Part shown: positions 8,862 through 16,566 of the stretch, piece after piece
Layout of the letters: every line of letters begins with the position of its first letter
Position numbering within the stretch: position 1 is the first letter of the stretch
NCBI GenBank assembly: GCA_016188675.1
Contig: JACPHJ010000152.1
Span: forward strand, 39,372 to 71,371
From: Planctomycetota bacterium
GTDB lineage: Bacteria; Planctomycetota; Brocadiia; Brocadiales; Brocadiaceae
Reading direction: 5' to 3'
Length of the DNA: 32,000 bases
Notes under the pieces: generated by a model
What the model was told of the DNA's origin: nothing
Database searches by the model: none
Seen by the model: only the letters and a program-made list of their open reading frames with translations
Position numbers and translations under genes: made by a program

Positions 8862-10628
8862 ATGGAATCAAAAATTCTTGTAATTGACGATGAAGAAAGT
8901 ATCAGGTATACCTTCGAAAGCTTTCTTTTAGACGAAGGGTATGAGGTATTAACTGCAAGGGATTACCAGGAAGCCTTGTCTGCAATTGGCGCGACGGAAC
9001 TCGATTTGATATTTGCAGATATTCTCTTAGAGGGAAAGACAGGAATTGATGTTTTAAGAAAAACTAAAGAAAGAAATCTCCGATGTCCCGTTGTTATGAT
9101 TACGGGAGACCCTAATATAGATTCTGCTTCGGAAGCGCTTCGGTTAGGCGCCTTTGATTACATTCCCAAACCTATAAAGCAGGATACGCTTTTGCGTATT
9201 ACTAAGATAGCCTTACAACATAAGGCGCTGGTTGACGAGAAGGAGCGGTATCGCTCTAACCTTGAGGCTATTTTCAGGAGTGTAAAAGATGCAATCATCG
9301 CGGTGGATAAAGAATTATGCCTGCTTGAGATTAATGATGCGGCCAAAACCATTTGTAATTTGTCTCATGATTCTATTGGAAAGGCATTTAATTCCACTGC
9401 TAAATATTGCAATGGAAAATGTCTTGATGTACTTGAAGAAACTATTAATAAAAAACAGCCTGTTGAGGTATATCGTCTTGAATGCCAGCACAAACAGCGT
9501 CCACAACAGGTTGTAAATATCACTTCACATCCGTTATTGAGTAAAATATCTAAACCAGCAAATTCCTTTTCTGCTAAAAACGAACAATGTGAAATTTATC
9601 AGGACAGTAAAAATACATTCTCAGGCGTTATCCTCGTGGTAAGAGATGAAACGCGTTTAGCAAATCTCGAACAAGATCTGAGGGAACGCCAGCAATTCCA
9701 TAATATCATTGGGAAAAGTGAAAAAATGCAGGCTATTTATTCTCTCATTGATAATTTAGCCGACGTTGAGACCACGGTCCTGATTACTGGCGAAACCGGC
9801 ACAGGTAAAGAATTGATTGCGGAGGCATTGCATTCCAAAGGGGGACGATGCCATAAACCTCTCGTTAAAGTAAATTGCTCGGCGTTATCGGAAAATCTGC
9901 TTGAAAGTGAACTCTTTGGACATGTTAAAGGCGCTTTTTCAGGCGCTATTCAGGATAGAATCGGCAGATTTCAAAGGGCAAATGGAGGAACTATATTTTT
10001 GGATGAAATTGGCGATATATCTCCAAGGACGCAACTACAATTGTTGAGGGTGGTACAGGAAAAAGAATTTGAAAGGGTGGGAGATTCGACTCCTATCAAA
10101 GTTGACGTTAGAATTGTTGCTGCTACAAATCAGAGTCTTCGGGAGAAGGTAAGGCGCGGCGATTTTCGTGAAGACCTTTACTATCGCCTGAAGGTTGTCG
10201 AACTAATCATGCCGCCGCTAAGAGAAAGAAAAGAAGATATTCCTTTATTATTAAATCATTTTCTGAATAAGTTTAACAAAAAGTTAAATAAGGAAATTGT
10301 TGCTGTCTCTACTGATGTACAAAAAATATTTATGGATTGTTCCTGGCCTGGCAATGTTCGGGAACTCGAACATACCCTGGAACACGCCTTTATCCTTTGC
10401 CGGCAAAATACCATTACCATTGATTGTTTGCCGCTTGCTTTTAAAGATCTTACAGGAACTAAAATTCCTGCTTTAGGAGAACCGGGAGTTGACGAACTTC
10501 ATGCGATCCTTCATGCACTGGAAAAGACATCGTGGAACAAAGCCAGGGCAGCCCGCCTATTAGGTATGAGCAGGCGAACAATATATCGAAAAATTAAAGA
10601 ATTCAAAATCAAGATGCAGAGTACATAA
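8862..10628 (+). CDS. Sigma54-dependent response regulator (REC, PAS-like, AAA+ sigma54-interaction domain, Fis-type HTH), NtrC family
   Basis: REC (ILVIDDEE...FADILL). Walker A GETGTGKE. GAFSGA (GAFTGA variant). ESELFGH. C-terminal HTH ARLLGMSRRTIYRKIKE. The ATG at 8862 is preferred over the TTG at 8850. Confidence 0.9.
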   Translation: MESKILVIDDEESIRYTFESFLLDEGYEVLTARDYQEALSAIGATELDLIFADILLEGKTGIDVLRKTKERNLRCPVVMITGDPNIDSASEALRLGAFDYIPKPIKQDTLLRITKIALQHKALVDEKERYRSNLEAIFRSVKDAIIAVDKELCLLEINDAAKTICNLSHDSIGKAFNSTAKYCNGKCLDVLEETINKKQPVEVYRLECQHKQRPQQVVNITSHPLLSKISKPANSFSAKNEQCEIYQDSKNTFSGVILVVRDETRLANLEQDLRERQQFHNIIGKSEKMQAIYSLIDNLADVETTVLITGETGTGKELIAEALHSKGGRCHKPLVKVNCSALSENLLESELFGHVKGAFSGAIQDRIGRFQRANGGTIFLDEIGDISPRTQLQLLRVVQEKEFERVGDSTPIKVDVRIVAATNQSLREKVRRGDFREDLYYRLKVVELIMPPLRERKEDIPLLLNHFLNKFNKKLNKEIVAVSTDVQKIFMDCSWPGNVRELEHTLEHAFILCRQNTITIDCLPLAFKDLTGTKIPALGEPGVDELHAILHALEKTSWNKARAARLLGMSRRTIYRKIKEFKIKMQST

Positions 10629-10690
10629 TACACGGTAATCCTTTCCCGCCATATCATATATCACCCGTTTTTTATACATTCCTTTCCATC

Positions 10691-10736
10691 ACACAATGTG
10701 TCATGTCACACTTTTGCGCTGACACATATATGTGTC
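10691..10736. promoter_or_regulatory. Cluster of ACAC/GTGT palindromes: ACACAATGTGT (10691-10701), TGTCA-N11-TGACA, and a perfect 16-bp palindrome GACACATATATGTGTC (10721-10736)
   Basis: Read directly, 60-110 nt downstream of the regulator stop, at the start of a roughly 600-nt AT-rich non-coding gap. Confidence 0.4.
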
Positions 10737-10750
10737 GTTGTTACATGTTT

Positions 10751-10780
10751 TTCATTTCTCTTGTGTAGTTCATTTCTCTT
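10751..10780 (+). repeat. Direct repeat TTCATTTCTCTT x2 separated by 6 nt
   Basis: Read directly (10751-10762 and 10769-10780). Confidence 0.6.
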
Positions 10781-11227
10781 TCTCATAGCCAACATTGTCT
10801 TTCATATATCATTTATCGCTTCGGCTCATTCAAAGCATCAAGTACCAACGCTCAATTGTTAATATTTTAAACAAAAAAAGATCAATATCGATAGTCTTCA
10901 CTGTATTATTCATGCTGCTTATGCGTTATTAAGTTCACAATGGTTATTAATAATAAACAAATTATTTGCAGTATCATGGCATATATTTTGATAACTGTAC
11001 TGTAAGGATGTTTATTGTAATAGAACCATTGCTTGTCCAAATTAAATTGTAAAAGGAAGGAATGTATGAGTTTTATCTTACTGTTCAGCGCTTTGATTTC
11101 TTTGTTTTTAATAGTGGTGTTATAAATAAAAAAAAGAAATATTCCTGGTTGTTCTCGATAGTTATTGAAACTTAATGAGATTTGGAGGACTATTGAATTG
11201 GAAATATCAAAAGTTGTATATAAATTA

Positions 11228-12355
11228 ATGGAAGACGAAATGATGAGATTATTATTATCTGACGTTACAGATCTCACATACATTTATGATACGAATGGAA
11301 ATATTTTGTTTGTAAATAAGATATTTGAAAAATTTACCGTGCAAAGGCCTGAGGAATTTTACGGGAAACCGTTTATATCTCTTTTCAACGAAGAAGATCA
11401 AAAGAAAGTAACGGATGCTTATGCAAAGACATTGAACGGAGAGAGTACTCAATATGAACTTTGTTTTAAAAATACTGGAGTGTTATGTGAATACAAAAAT
11501 TTTCCGTTGAGAAATGAGAAGGGACAGATAATTGGAATTACTGGTATAGCTCGGGACATTACTGCCCGCAAACAATCTGAAGAAGGGTTGCGGGTACTTA
11601 ACAAATCTCTAGAAAAACGTGTGGTTGAACATACGGCTAAGTTAGTGGAGGTGAACGAAGAACTAATGGAAGAAATTAACAATCGCATGCGACAGGAAGA
11701 GGAGTTTAAACAAAGTATTAAGAAGTTGCAAAAATCATTGAGTGGAATCGTTCAAACTTTAGCATTGTCTATTGAGTCAAAAGACTCTTACGCGATAGGG
11801 CACCAGAAACGGGTAGCCAGGCTTGCTCGCTGTATAGCCGAGGAGATGGGTCTATCAAAGGATAGGATCGAAGGCGTCAGTATAGCTGCTATTCTTCACG
11901 ACATTGGCAATATTTCTGTGCCCACTGAGCTTCTAAATAAATCAGAGCGGCTTTCTGAGGATGAAGTTAATATAATCAAGACTCATCCACGTGTTGGTTA
12001 TGATATATTAAACGAAATGGAATTCCCGCATCCTGTTGCTCAAATCGTACTTCAACATCATGAAAGGGTCGATGGGTCTGGGTATCCTTTGGGCTTATCA
12101 GGAAAGGATATTCTCCTGGAAGCAAAAATTCTGGGCGTGGCCGACGTTATTGACGCGATGTTGTCTCCTCATCCATATAGGCCCGCACTTGGTTTGGATA
12201 AGGCATTAGATGAAGTTTCACGAAACAGAGGCATCCTTTATGATTTTAATGTAGTGTATGCCTGCCTGGTTGTTTTTAATGAAAAAGGATTTAAATATAA
12301 TGATTGGTCACGTACTAATTTAAGAATATTCGAGGACGTTCTACTGAGTGTTTAA
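11228..12355 (+). CDS. PAS-domain HD-GYP c-di-GMP phosphodiesterase
   Basis: HD (AILHDIGNISVP) and HHERVDGSGYP motifs. N-terminal PAS ending DITARK. The ORF is open from a TTG at 11165. The ATG at 11228 is the first ATG, so the start is uncertain. Confidence 0.85.
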   Translation: MEDEMMRLLLSDVTDLTYIYDTNGNILFVNKIFEKFTVQRPEEFYGKPFISLFNEEDQKKVTDAYAKTLNGESTQYELCFKNTGVLCEYKNFPLRNEKGQIIGITGIARDITARKQSEEGLRVLNKSLEKRVVEHTAKLVEVNEELMEEINNRMRQEEEFKQSIKKLQKSLSGIVQTLALSIESKDSYAIGHQKRVARLARCIAEEMGLSKDRIEGVSIAAILHDIGNISVPTELLNKSERLSEDEVNIIKTHPRVGYDILNEMEFPHPVAQIVLQHHERVDGSGYPLGLSGKDILLEAKILGVADVIDAMLSPHPYRPALGLDKALDEVSRNRGILYDFNVVYACLVVFNEKGFKYNDWSRTNLRIFEDVLLSV

Positions 12356-12363
12356 ATTAACTG

Positions 12364-12687
12364 ATGAATTGTAAAATGTCGGTAATAATTGTCGGGGGTG
12401 ATCATCTTGGGTGTATTCCAAAGGAACTTGACAGAATTGGTATCTCGAAAATTCAGCACTTAACCGGCAGGAGCGGACAAAAGATTCGCGGAAGAATGCC
12501 TGATAAGGCGGATTTTATTATTCTCCTTTACGATTTTGTAAATCATAATCTGGCGTACAAAATAAAAAAATTTGCAAGTAACAGAGGAATACCCATAATC
12601 TATGCAAAGAGGTCCTGGCCTTCTATATATCTTGGTATACAGGAACATCATCAGCAATTTAAAAAAGCAGGGTTAAATTTTTTATAA
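12364..12687 (+). CDS. DUF2325-like small protein
   Basis: Pattern VIIVGGD...H.TGR......(D)FIILLYDFVNHNL..KIK..A....IPIIYAKRS matches my recollection of DUF2325. Starts 9 nt after the HD-GYP stop. An alternative ATG lies at 12376. Confidence 0.55.
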   Translation: MNCKMSVIIVGGDHLGCIPKELDRIGISKIQHLTGRSGQKIRGRMPDKADFIILLYDFVNHNLAYKIKKFASNRGIPIIYAKRSWPSIYLGIQEHHQQFKKAGLNFL

Positions 12688-12703
12688 TTGAGAAAGGCAG
12701 ATT

Positions 12704-12952
12704 ATGATCGGAAACACATTCCTGGCATGTCCAAACTGCGGTGAAATTAAAAAATTCAGAATATTTACGAGTAACTTCCAAATTGTTGAACAATCTCCTG
12801 AAGTGGGGATCCGCACATATGAAAGCGGGATCCTGCCTAGTTTACGGGAAAACGATAACTACATCGAGTGCCAGTCATGTTTTAAAAAATCAGAGTATGA
12901 TGTTGCAGCAGATACCGGTAAAAAATTCATTCAGGATAACAAAAAATTATAA
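12704..12952 (+). CDS. Small zinc-ribbon protein (CPNC ... CQSC), function unknown
   Basis: Two CxxC pairs 44 residues apart. GAGAAAGG lies upstream of the ATG. The overlapping +72-aa alternative frame has no such features. Confidence 0.5.
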   Translation: MIGNTFLACPNCGEIKKFRIFTSNFQIVEQSPEVGIRTYESGILPSLRENDNYIECQSCFKKSEYDVAADTGKKFIQDNKKL

Positions 12953-12994
12953 AAGATGAGATTGCAACTCTGAGCTGGGTGTTTCATCTCTTCC

Positions 12995-13015
12995 GGAGGT
13001 GGGACACCCTCCTCC
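12995..13015 (+). terminator. GC-rich stem-loop GGAGGTGGG-aca-CCCTCCTCC (8/9 bp) after the zinc-ribbon gene
   Basis: Read directly. No U-tract, so terminator function is uncertain. Confidence 0.3.
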
Positions 13016-13184
13016 CCCATATAATAGAAATGCCTTTGTAACCTCGAAAATCTCCAATTACTTATCCTTCCTCTGTGCAATTTAACTTTTGCGGTAGTCT
13101 TGTTGTTATATATAGTGTCTGAATAAAAACTCATATTTTGCCAGTTTAAATCGTTTATTCGCCTTATGCTATTGTAAATTGTCA

Positions 13185-13213
13185 TTGACATTATTTTTGC
13201 AAATTTGTAGAAT
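13185..13213 (+). promoter_or_regulatory. Near-consensus sigma70-type promoter TTGACA-17 nt-TAGAAT upstream of acpS
   Basis: -35 at 13185-13190, 17-nt spacer, -10 at 13208-13213. Lies 72 nt upstream of the acpS ATG. Confidence 0.5.
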
Positions 13214-13285
13214 GCCAACTATCGTTGTGACAGATACTTGCATTATAAGTATTTAATATGGTCATGAAAGCGAAACAAAATAGTT

Positions 13286-13672
13286 ATGTACGTTGGAATC
13301 GATATTATAGAAATAAAACGTATTGAGAGATTGTTTTCTGTCAATGAGGGTTTCCTGCGAAAAATTTACACTGAAAAAGAGGTTGCTTACTGTAACCCCA
13401 AAAAGAACAAATACCAGCATTTTGCAGCTCGTTTCGCCACAAAAGAGGCCATGTTCAAGGCATTAGGGACTGGTTGGGTTGGGAAAATGAAATGGACGGA
13501 TATCGAACTGTTAAACGACGAAATGGGCAGGCCATATGTTAACCTTTATGGAAGTGTGAAAGAATTGGCAGACAAGAAACAGATTGACGATATCGCCGTA
13601 TCATTATCACACTGTCAGGATTACGCAATTGCACAGGTACTATTGGTACCAAAAAAAGAGGAACGTTCATGA
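13286..13672 (+). CDS. acpS: Holo-[acyl-carrier-protein] synthase (AcpS-type 4'-phosphopantetheinyl transferase)
   Basis: GIDIIEIKRI, FAARFATKEAMFKALG, WTDIEL..D..GRP and SLSHC.DYAIAQVLL; 128 aa. Confidence 0.9.
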   Translation: MYVGIDIIEIKRIERLFSVNEGFLRKIYTEKEVAYCNPKKNKYQHFAARFATKEAMFKALGTGWVGKMKWTDIELLNDEMGRPYVNLYGSVKELADKKQIDDIAVSLSHCQDYAIAQVLLVPKKEERS

Positions 13673-15147
13673 AAAAGCTTGTACTAATTAATCCGCATCC
13701 GATTGGAAATGTTGGTGAAGAAAATGTCTCTGTATTAAATCAAATGCCCGTGAATCTTGGGTATTTAAAGGTATTAACACCAAAGAATTGGCATGTTGAT
13801 ATCATAGACGAAACACAGGAACTTGCGATTGACGATACCGGAAATATTACTTTTGGTGAAGCTGACCTGGTTGGCATTACATCGGTAAGTTATCAGGCAC
13901 ATCGTGCATATCAAATAGCTACTGTCTGCAAAAAACGGGGTATACCCGTGATTATGGGCGGCATTCATGCCACCAGTTATCCGGAAGAGGCGGCAAACTA
14001 TGTGGATTGCGTTGTGACTAGAGAAGCCGTGACTACATGGGAAAAAATTATTAGCGATTTTGAAAAGGGATGTCTCCAAAAAAGATACGAAGGTGTTCTG
14101 ACACCCATGGAGTTGTATCAGGGACTGAGGCCTGATAGAAAATATTTAAAGGATAAATACAAATACCGCTACTCGGGTATCATAACAACTGCGGGTTGTC
14201 CTTTCAGTTGCGAGTTCTGCTCCGTGCCTCAGTTCCAGGGCAGGAAATATCGTGAAAGACCCGTTGAAGACGTCCTCGATGAATTCGAATCCATTAAAGG
14301 TCAATATCGCGGTTTAATATTAACGGACGAAAACTTTTATGGGCACAGCAAAAAGTCCAATGAACGTGTTCTTGAACTTTTCAAGGGAATGGTGGAGAGA
14401 GGCATTTATCAGAATTGGTTCGGGTTTACCTCACTCAACATTTACAAAGACGATGAAACCCTTGAATACATGAAAAAGAGCGGGTGCGTCGGGGTATTGA
14501 TTGGAATAGAATCCATCAATGAAGAAGCCCTGAAAACGATGAATAAGAATGTAAACCTGCGCATCTCGATTGAGAATTATTTCGAAGCCATTGCCAATAT
14601 CCGTAAACACGGTCTTGCAGTCTGGGGGACAATGGTATTTGGTAACGATGCCGATACGCCTGAAACCTTTAAACAGGTTGCTGATTTTGTTATGGATTCC
14701 CATGTTGATATCATGACCTGCGGTATTTTGTGTCCATTCATCAATACACCGCTGTATCACAGATTGAAAGGCGATGGCAGGCTGTTCAGGACAAACTTCC
14801 CCGAGGATTGGAAGTATTACACGTCTCATCACCTTACCTATATTCTCAAAAATATGTCTCTCCAGGAACTTATTGACGGCTTCCAATACTTGTATGACAA
14901 GATTTACGCCACAGAAGTATTGCGTCAAAGGTTCCAGAACGCAAAAGAGGTACTCAAAGATAACATGAATGCCGCCATGTTTGCATTCAGGGTAAATCTC
15001 GACTGGCAGAGTGTCTATCAACACCTGATACAAAATTTAAAAGAATTGCAAACATCGGGGTTTTACGAAGAGACATTGAAAAGCTATAATCTTGCGGGAA
15101 AACAGGGTAGAAAGCCGGAATTGACTGCCGTTGAGGCTCAGTCATAA
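13669..15147 (+). CDS. B12-binding-domain radical SAM enzyme (class B type)
   Basis: N-terminal cobalamin-binding-like Rossmann segment (DLVGITSVSYQAHRAY..A..CKKRGIPVIMGGIHAT). CPFSCEFC (CxxxCxxC, Cys codons at 14197, 14209 and 14218). The start overlaps the acpS stop (ATGA). Confidence 0.88.
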   Translation: MKKLVLINPHPIGNVGEENVSVLNQMPVNLGYLKVLTPKNWHVDIIDETQELAIDDTGNITFGEADLVGITSVSYQAHRAYQIATVCKKRGIPVIMGGIHATSYPEEAANYVDCVVTREAVTTWEKIISDFEKGCLQKRYEGVLTPMELYQGLRPDRKYLKDKYKYRYSGIITTAGCPFSCEFCSVPQFQGRKYRERPVEDVLDEFESIKGQYRGLILTDENFYGHSKKSNERVLELFKGMVERGIYQNWFGFTSLNIYKDDETLEYMKKSGCVGVLIGIESINEEALKTMNKNVNLRISIENYFEAIANIRKHGLAVWGTMVFGNDADTPETFKQVADFVMDSHVDIMTCGILCPFINTPLYHRLKGDGRLFRTNFPEDWKYYTSHHLTYILKNMSLQELIDGFQYLYDKIYATEVLRQRFQNAKEVLKDNMNAAMFAFRVNLDWQSVYQHLIQNLKELQTSGFYEETLKSYNLAGKQGRKPELTAVEAQS

Positions 15148-15160
15148 GATACCGCAATTT

Positions 15161-15190
15161 GAGATTTATGATTTGGAATCATAAGTTCTC
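15161..15190 (+). terminator. Hairpin TTATGATT-tgg-AATCATAA (perfect 8 bp, extendable), 14 nt after the radical SAM stop; related to the gatttacgatt/aatcgtaaatc repeat family
   Basis: Read directly. Confidence 0.4.
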
Positions 15191-15235
15191 TGTGGTTTAT
15201 TCGATTTCAGCAGTTGAATTTTATTGGTTATTATA

Positions 15236-15272
15236 GGTCAACTTATTCGCATTGAAAGGTGAATAGTTGACC
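15236..15272 (+). promoter_or_regulatory. Hairpin GGTCAACT(T)ATTC / GAATAGTTGACC (12 bp, one bulge, 12-nt loop), 29 nt upstream of the KS start
   Basis: Read directly. Function unknown (RNA structure or operator). Confidence 0.35.
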
Positions 15273-15300
15273 TCTATTATTTTACAGAATAAAAATAGAT

Positions 15301-16512
15301 ATGCCAAAGGTCGTAATTACAGGATTGGGATTAGTCACGCCCGTTGGAACAGGGATCAAAAAAAGCTGGGAATCGTTCATCCTGGGCAGAAACGGAGCGA
15401 ATGAGATGAAGTCATTCGATACATCCAAATACAAGGTGCACCGTTCCTGTGAGGTAAAAGATTTTCACTTAGACGTTGAGCTTGAAAACCAGATAAAGGA
15501 AAATACCATCCACAAATATGTCTACTACGCAGCCAGAGAGGCGTTACAGGAAAGCGGTTTATTGGATGATAAAAATTTCAACAGAGAACGGTTTGGTATT
15601 GCCATTGGTACATTAGCAGCCGAATTAACGCCTTTTGAGAGACTTCTCAGGTTAGACACTTCAAAAAAAGACAACGGTTTCGACAAGATTGTTGCAGCAG
15701 TTTATCCCCCCAATTCTATAACAAATATCCTGTCTGAAAATTTTGATTTCGAAGGCCCAACCATGATTTCATTGAATGCCTGCTCATCCGGCAATCATGC
15801 AATTGCCTGGGCCTGCGACCTTCTTTTAGAAAACAAGGTTGATGTGGTAATGGTCGGAGGGGGCGACATGATTCCTCAAACGGAATTCACCCATTTCCAT
15901 AACCTCAAGGCATTAGCGCCCGAACGCTGTCAGCCATTCGATAAAAACCGTCAGGGTCTCATGATTGGAGAAGGGGCTGGGATACTTATTATGGAACGCT
16001 ACGAATTTGCTAAAAAACGAGGCGCAGCGATTATCGCTGAAATGGCTGGTTACGGGCTGAGCTGTGATGGATTTCACATGACGGCGCCACATCCAGAAGG
16101 CGACGGCGCTGTAAAATGCATGAGCGATGCGCTAAAAATGGCAAATCTTTCTCAGGCAGACATCGGTTACATTAATGCACACGGCACTGGGACACCCCAT
16201 AACGACAAAACAGAAACAATTGCCATAAAACGTGTATTCACGGAATACGCCCATAAAATTCCCTGCAGTTCCACGAAATCTATGATTGGTCACCTTATGG
16301 GCGCGGCCAGTGCTGTAGAATCGGTCATTTGTTGTCTGGTACTACGGCATGGAATCGTACCGCCAACGATTAATTACGAAACGCCTGATCCGGAGTGTGA
16401 CCTCGATTATATACCCAATACGGCACGCGAATTAAATGTAAAGCATGTCTTGAATAATTCATTTGCCTTCGGCGGAAATAACGCCACGACAATTTTTAGT
16501 AAGATGGGTTAA
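15301..16512 (+). CDS. fabF: Beta-ketoacyl-ACP synthase II-type ketosynthase, catalytically complete
   Basis: NACSSGNHAI (Cys161, codon 15781-15783), FHMTAPHP, NAHGTGTPHND, KSMIGHLMGAAS and NSFAFGGNNAT. Confidence 0.9.
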   Translation: MPKVVITGLGLVTPVGTGIKKSWESFILGRNGANEMKSFDTSKYKVHRSCEVKDFHLDVELENQIKENTIHKYVYYAAREALQESGLLDDKNFNRERFGIAIGTLAAELTPFERLLRLDTSKKDNGFDKIVAAVYPPNSITNILSENFDFEGPTMISLNACSSGNHAIAWACDLLLENKVDVVMVGGGDMIPQTEFTHFHNLKALAPERCQPFDKNRQGLMIGEGAGILIMERYEFAKKRGAAIIAEMAGYGLSCDGFHMTAPHPEGDGAVKCMSDALKMANLSQADIGYINAHGTGTPHNDKTETIAIKRVFTEYAHKIPCSSTKSMIGHLMGAASAVESVICCLVLRHGIVPPTINYETPDPECDLDYIPNTARELNVKHVLNNSFAFGGNNATTIFSKMG

Positions 16513-16566
16513 GCAAAGCGAATCATCATTTAAGTCTATCCGTGTTGATCCGTAGTAAAAAACATT

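Noticed and set aside
10977-10991. Sigma54-like -24/-12 candidates of the form TGG(C/T)AT-N5-TTGA at 10977-10991, 19476-19490 and 8778-8792, near an encoded sigma54 activator.
   Set aside because: The spacing GG-N10 is correct, but the highly conserved -12 GC is GA in all three. The sequences are AT-rich, where such matches arise by chance. The third overlaps a perfect sigma70 extended -10. This is not enough to call them.
10906-11283. 125-aa ORF on the - strand in the AT-rich gap upstream of the HD-GYP gene.
   Set aside because: Low-complexity, Ile/Asn/Leu-rich translation typical of AT-rich non-coding DNA. It overlaps the HD-GYP 5' end and has no recognisable motif or SD.
12931-13218. 95-aa ORF on the - strand between the zinc-ribbon gene and acpS.
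   Set aside because: It covers the hairpin and the acpS promoter region and has no motif. It is probably a chance ORF.
14431-15033. 200-aa antisense ORF inside the radical SAM gene. Similar long antisense ORFs occur at 297-590, 5701-6123, 6364-6708, 19959-20396 and 22848-23273.
   Set aside because: Each is fully nested opposite a gene with clear family motifs. They are shadow ORFs with no motifs of their own.
15265-15300. Possible TTGACC-17-TAAAAA promoter that would give a leaderless KS mRNA.
   Set aside because: The -10 lacks the invariant final T, and the -35 lies inside a hairpin arm. Too weak to report as a feature.
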